Origin: Laetmonice hystrix | Lineage: Eukaryota | DNA length: 64,000 nt | NCBI GenBank assembly: GCA_965235115.1 | Contig: OZ249440.1 | Location: 21,080,001-21,144,000 of the forward strand | Direction: 5' to 3' | Shown: in pieces, positions 58,765-64,000 of the stretch | Layout of the letters: each line of letters starts with the position of its first letter | Numbering within the stretch: the first letter of the stretch is position 1 | Notes under the pieces: generated by a model | The model's database searches: none | What the model saw: the letters and a program-made list of their open reading frames with translations, nothing else | What the model was told of the DNA's origin: nothing | Position numbers and translations under genes: made by a program

Positions 58765-60992
58765 TGGGGCACACATAGAGCTGGACTCGGCTGGGGAGTA
58801 TCAATGGTCGGTACTGCCATACCTTACTGATACAGGCTGGGGCACACATAGAGCTGGACTCGGCTAGGGAGTATCAATGGTCGGTACTGCCATACCTTAC
58901 TGATACAGGCTGGGGCACACATAGAGCTGGACTCGGCTAGGGAGTATCAATGGTCGGTACTGCCACACCTTACTGATACAGGCTGGGGCACACATAGAGC
59001 TGGACTCGGCTAGGGAGTATCAATGGTCGGTACTGCCATACCTTACTGATACAGGCTGGGGCACACATAGAGCTGGACACGGCTAGGGAGTATCAATGGT
59101 CGGTACTGCCATACCTTACTGATACAGGCTGGGGCACACATAGAGCTGGACACGGCTAGGGAGTATCAATGGTCGGTACTGCCACACCTTACTGATACAG
59201 GCTGGGGCACACATAGAGCTGGACACGGCTAGGGAGTATCAATGGTCGGTACTGCCACACCTTACTGATACAGGCTGGGGCACACATAGAGCTGGACACG
59301 GCTAGGGAGTAGGCCTATCAATGGTCGGTACTGCCACACCTTACTGATACAGGCTGGGGCACACATAGAGCTGGACACGGCTAGGGAGTATCAATGGTCG
59401 GTACTGCCATACCTTACTGATACAGGCTGGGGCACACATAGAGCTGGACACGGCTGGGGAGTATCAATGGTCGGTACTGCCACACCTTACTGATACAGGC
59501 TGGGGCACACATAGAGCTGGACTCGGCTGGGGAGTAGGCCTATCAATGGTCGGTACTGCCATACCTTACTGATACAGGCTGGGGCACACATAGAGCTGGA
59601 CACGGCTGGGGAGTATCAATGGTCGGTACTGCCATACCTTACTGATACAGGCTGGGGCACACATAGAGCTGGACTCGGCTAGGGAGTAGGCCTATCAATG
59701 GTCGGTACTGCCATACCTTACTGATACAGGCTGGGGCACACATAGAGCTGGACTCGGCTAGGGAGTATCAATGGTCGGTACTGCCACACCTTACTGATAC
59801 AGGCTGGGGCACACATAGAGCTGGACTCGGCTGGGGAGTAGGCCTATCAATGGTCGGTACTGCCATACCTTACTGATACAGGCTGGGGCACACATAGAGC
59901 TGGACACGGCTGGGGAGTATCAATGGTCGGTACTGCCATACCTTACTGATACAGGCTGGGGCACACATAGAGCTGGACTCGGCTAGGGAGTAGGCCTATC
60001 AATGGTCGGTACTGCCATACCTTACTGATACAGGCTGGGGCACACATAGAGCTGGACTCGGCTAGGGAGTAGGCCTATCAATGGTCGGTACTGCCATACC
60101 TTACTGATACAGGCTGGGGCACACATAGAGCTGGACTCGGCTAGGGAGTATCAATGGTCGGTACTGCCATACCTTACTGATACAGGCTGGGGCACACATA
60201 GAGCTGGACTCGGCTAGGGAGTATCAATGGTCGGTACTGCCATACCTTACTGATACAGGCTGGGGCACACATATAGCTGGACTCGGCTAGGGAGTATCAA
60301 TGGTCGGTACTGCCATACCTTACTGATACAGGCTGGGGCACACATAGAGCTGGACACGGCTGGGGAGTATCAATGGTCGGTACTGCCATACCTTACTGAT
60401 ACAGGCTGGGGCACACATAGAGCTGGACTCGGCTAGGGAGTATCAATGGTCGGTACTGCCACACCTTACTGATACAGGCTGGGGCACACATAGAGCTGGA
60501 CTCGGCTAGGGAGTATCAATGGTCGGTACTGCCATACCTTACTGATACAGGCTGGGGCACACATAGAGCTGGACACGGCTGGGGAGTATCAATGGTCGGT
60601 ACTGCCATACCTTACTGATACAGGCTGGGGCACACATAGAGCTGGACACGGCTAGGGAGTATCAATGGTCGGTACTGCCATACCTTACTGATACAGGCTG
60701 GGGCACACATAGAGCTGGACACGGCTAGGGAGTAGGCCTATCAATGGTCGGTACTGCCATACCTTACTGATACAGGCTGGGGCACACATAGAGCTGGACT
60801 CGGCTGGGGAGTATCAATGGTCGGTACTGCCACACCTTACTGATACAGGCTGGGGCACACATAGAGCTGGACACGGCTGGGGAGTATCAATGGTCGGTAC
60901 TGCCATACCTTACTGATACAGGCTGGGGCACACATAGAGCTGGACACGGCTAGGGAGTATCAATGGTCGGTACTGCCATACCTTACTGATAC
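58765..60992. repeat. Minisatellite, 73-bp unit with 79-bp (+GGCCTA) variant, about 30 copies
   Basis: Unit ggggcacacatagagctggactcggctagggagtatcaatggtcggtactgccataccttactgatacaggct; 7 units carry gagTAGGCCTAtc instead of gagTAtc. Confidence 0.97.
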
Positions 60993-61801
60993 CTTTCGCA
61001 GCCATCAATGCACGTCACATCATCAGATCACAAACAATATGCATGATCTACAGGGGCGAAGGGAAGGGTGTCCAGTGGGGGAATCGGAGATTACAAAGGT
61101 GAAGAGTTCCACCATCATTGTAACATTGTCGTATGACAGACATGAATTGGTCCAGATCTAAAATCATACCAAATACTTCACATACACGCATGTATTTACA
61201 ACTCCGCATATATCGAGGGGGGGGGGGTATTTTGTTTTGGCAGGGGGAGGCCTTGACACACTACTAACCTTCATGATAGGGCATGCCTTCTTTAAATCCT
61301 GGTTTAGTACCCCAGATTCAAAGATTTTCTAAATAGCTTACACCCACTGCATGCGTATAGGATAGGCATGGGTTACCATTAATGCCCTCCTACCGCCTTT
61401 TGTTTCAGAGAATTAAATAACCCCGACCACTCAGCTGATGTCAACAGGTCAAGTCTCTGGTTTGTTTCATTGACCTTTTAACTTCTTGGGTCTGTTCCCT
61501 TAATCAGGTCAGTTTGAAAACGAGGCAGTGAGAAGATGAGTCGGTTGTTGTCCCTTCAAAACAGCTCCGAGTCCACGTAGGTCGGATGACACAAACAGAA
61601 ACAATTGGGTTGACATAATGACGACAGTAATGTACTCTTGCGATTCTGTCATTTTTTGGCGAAGGGCGTGGGGTACTAACTCCGATAATGTTTGGATAAT
61701 AATGTACTATATAGATTAATGCGGAGATTATATAATGGTACATATCCAGCATAGTTAATCGTACATCCACTAGCACGCCTCCATTCACGATATAAAACCT
61801 T

Positions 61802-63077
61802 GAAAATCAATCATTCTGATCCTCAGGTACAGTCTGATACTGTAACAAGTGTCTAACGTATATCACACAGAGAAAATCAATCATTCTGATCCTCAGGTAC
61901 AGTCTGATACTGTAACAAGTGTCTAACGTATATCACACAGAAAAAATCAATCATTCTGATCCTCAGGTACAGTCTGATACTGTAACAAGTGTCTAACGTA
62001 TATCACACAGAGAAAATCAATCCTTCTGATCCTCAGGTACAGTCTGATACTGTAACAAGTGTCTAACGTATATCACACAGAAAAAATCAATCATTCTGAT
62101 CCACACAGAGAAAATCAATCATTCTGATCCTCAGGTACAGTCTGACACTGTAACAAGTGTCTAACGTATATCACACAGAGAAAATCAATCATTCTGATCC
62201 TCAGGTACAGTCTGATACTGTAACAAGTGTCTAACGTATATCACACAGAGAAAATCAATCATTCTGATCCTCAGGTACAGTCTGACACTGTAACAAGTGT
62301 CTAACGTATATCACACAGAGAAAATCAATCATTCTGATCCTCAGGTACAGTCTGATACCGTAACAAGTGTCTAACGTATATCACACAGAGAAAATCAATC
62401 ATTCTGATCCTCAGGTACAGTCTGATACCGTAACAAGTGTCTAACGTATATCACACAGAGAAAATCAATCATTTTGATCCTCAGGTACAGTCTGATACTG
62501 TAACAAGTGTCTAACGTATATCACACAGAGAAAATCAATCATTCTGATCCTCAGGTACAGTCTGATACTGTAACAAGTGTCTAACGTATATCACACAGAG
62601 AAAATCAATCATTTTGATCCTCAGGTACAGTCTGATACTGTAACAAGTGTCTAACGTATATCACACAGAGAAAATCAATCATTCCCTCAGGTACAGTCTG
62701 ATATTGTAACAAGTGTCTAACGTATATCACACAGAGAAAATCAATCATTCCCTCAGGTACAGTCTGATACTGTAACAAGTGTCTAACGTATATCACACAG
62801 AGAAAATCAATCATTCCCTCAGGTACAGTCTGATACTGTAACAAGTGTCTAACGTATATCACACAGAGAAAATCAATCATTCTGATCCTCAGGTACAGTC
62901 TGACACTGTAACAAGTGTCTAACGTATATCACACAGAGAAAATCAATCATTCTGATCCTCAGGTACAGTCTGATACTGTAACAAGTGTCTAACGTATATC
63001 ACACAGAGAAAATCAATCATTCTGATCCTCAGGTACAGTCTGATACTGTAACAAGTGTCTAACGTATATCACACAGA
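61802..63077. repeat. Minisatellite, 70-bp unit (66-bp variants), about 18 copies
   Basis: Unit gaaaatcaatcattctgatcctcaggtacagtctgatactgtaacaagtgtctaacgtatatcacacaga. Confidence 0.96.
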
Positions 63078-64000
63078 GGAATTACCCACCACTTATCTTT
63101 AAAAGTTGGTTTTTCTGGGTCTTGTTTTGGTTTTTGTCGATTTAACAGCTAGCGACAAGGCTACAACAGTCGCAGTGACGAGTTCTAACAAAATGGATAC
63201 TACTAGCTAGTCTACTTTTTCCGCGGATTCTTTCAAATAAACGCATGTAGACGCCATCATGCTCTATGTCACCACACGGAGGTAATGGTAGGAACTACAG
63301 CATAGCCACGAGCCCTTTTTCTCTGTCTCAATTATATTTTTTGTACCCTTGCTCTGAGAGTGACGCCGACTTTCAGTGGACTCCCCGGCTGAAATCTGTA
63401 CTCTCCACAGGCCACTGAACGCGTGCGGCCGACTGCGGACAGCGATCACTTCATTTGTAAAGGATTTCACTACACTACCCACACAGCATGAGGTGAAGAT
63501 GACAAGGAGGACAGCAATATCCTCTGTTCAGGTCAATCCGTTCTTTGATTCGTTTCAATGTTTTCTGAAGGGACTTGTATTAAAGTTTAATGCCATGAAA
63601 GAATGCAAAGCAACCATTAAAGCTATCTACGCCCTACTCTAAAAATAAGCTTCTGTATTATTTTTACAATTTTTGTGCTAAATAAGGACGCTTTAGCAAT
63701 GATAATTGTCAATTTTTCTTACGTCACTTGACCTATGTAGGATAGAGCCACAGATGTTGTGATGCGCCACCAACTTCGAACAAACGTCCCGCTTCATTCC
63801 CAACTATTATCAGCCTGGTTCGAGCCAACTGTGACTGTTGAAGACAAAGACTGTGTTATACAATAATTTGCTAACCCCTTTTTCTGTTATTTTGATGACC
63901 TTCTTTGACAACGAATCAGGCACATCGGTATAAACACTTCACTATACCCGCATTATGCAATCCTCCACCCAGCAGGGTTTGACCTATCTGAGAACTTGAT

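Noticed and set aside
13351-63077. Tandem arrays as CRISPR arrays
   Set aside because: Units are contiguous with no unique spacers, there are no cas genes, and the context is a spliced animal gene.
13351-63077. GATC enrichment in repeat units and GATC at the gap edge as a restriction-ligation artefact
   Set aside because: About 9 observed versus about 4 expected in about 1 kb of unit sequence is weak after post-hoc selection, and copies carry shared structured variants typical of real arrays.

Overview
Animal genomic DNA, probably a marine invertebrate bilaterian; the taxon cannot be fixed from sequence alone. It is not prokaryotic. Two protein-coding genes lie in tandem on the minus strand. 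(1) A complete spliced FGFRL1 / nou-darake-type kinase-less FGF receptor-like gene, reconstructed by hand from 7 coding exons (44849-44915, 23541-23813, 11600-11665, 10981-11265, 10433-10545, 8186-8426, 7304-7827). All introns are GT-AG with matching phases, giving 1569 nt = 522 aa: signal peptide, Ig1, linker, Ig2, split Ig3, TM, and a polyQ/His-rich tail ending HQHMHYGC. (2) About 4.1 kb downstream, an intronless multi-cysteine-cluster Toll-like receptor ORF (3163 to <1, at least 1054 codons). It runs off the window inside the TIR domain and is absent from the supplied ORF track. The rest is intron or intergenic DNA: about 19 unrelated minisatellites/tandem duplications (roughly 12.5 kb, about 20% of the window), one intact tRNA-derived SINE with a perfect 12-bp TSD, several CTCF-like motifs, and a 155-N gap. 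The strongest leads are: a recent in-frame 5-LRR duplication in the TLR in which 11 of 12 differences are amino-acid changing and 8 fall on ligand-facing positions; and an over-represented TAGGCCTA palindrome that a satellite array shows differs from plain TA by a 6-bp insertion. No CRISPR array, rRNA or true tRNA was found. All translations and counts were done by hand; no database searches were run.
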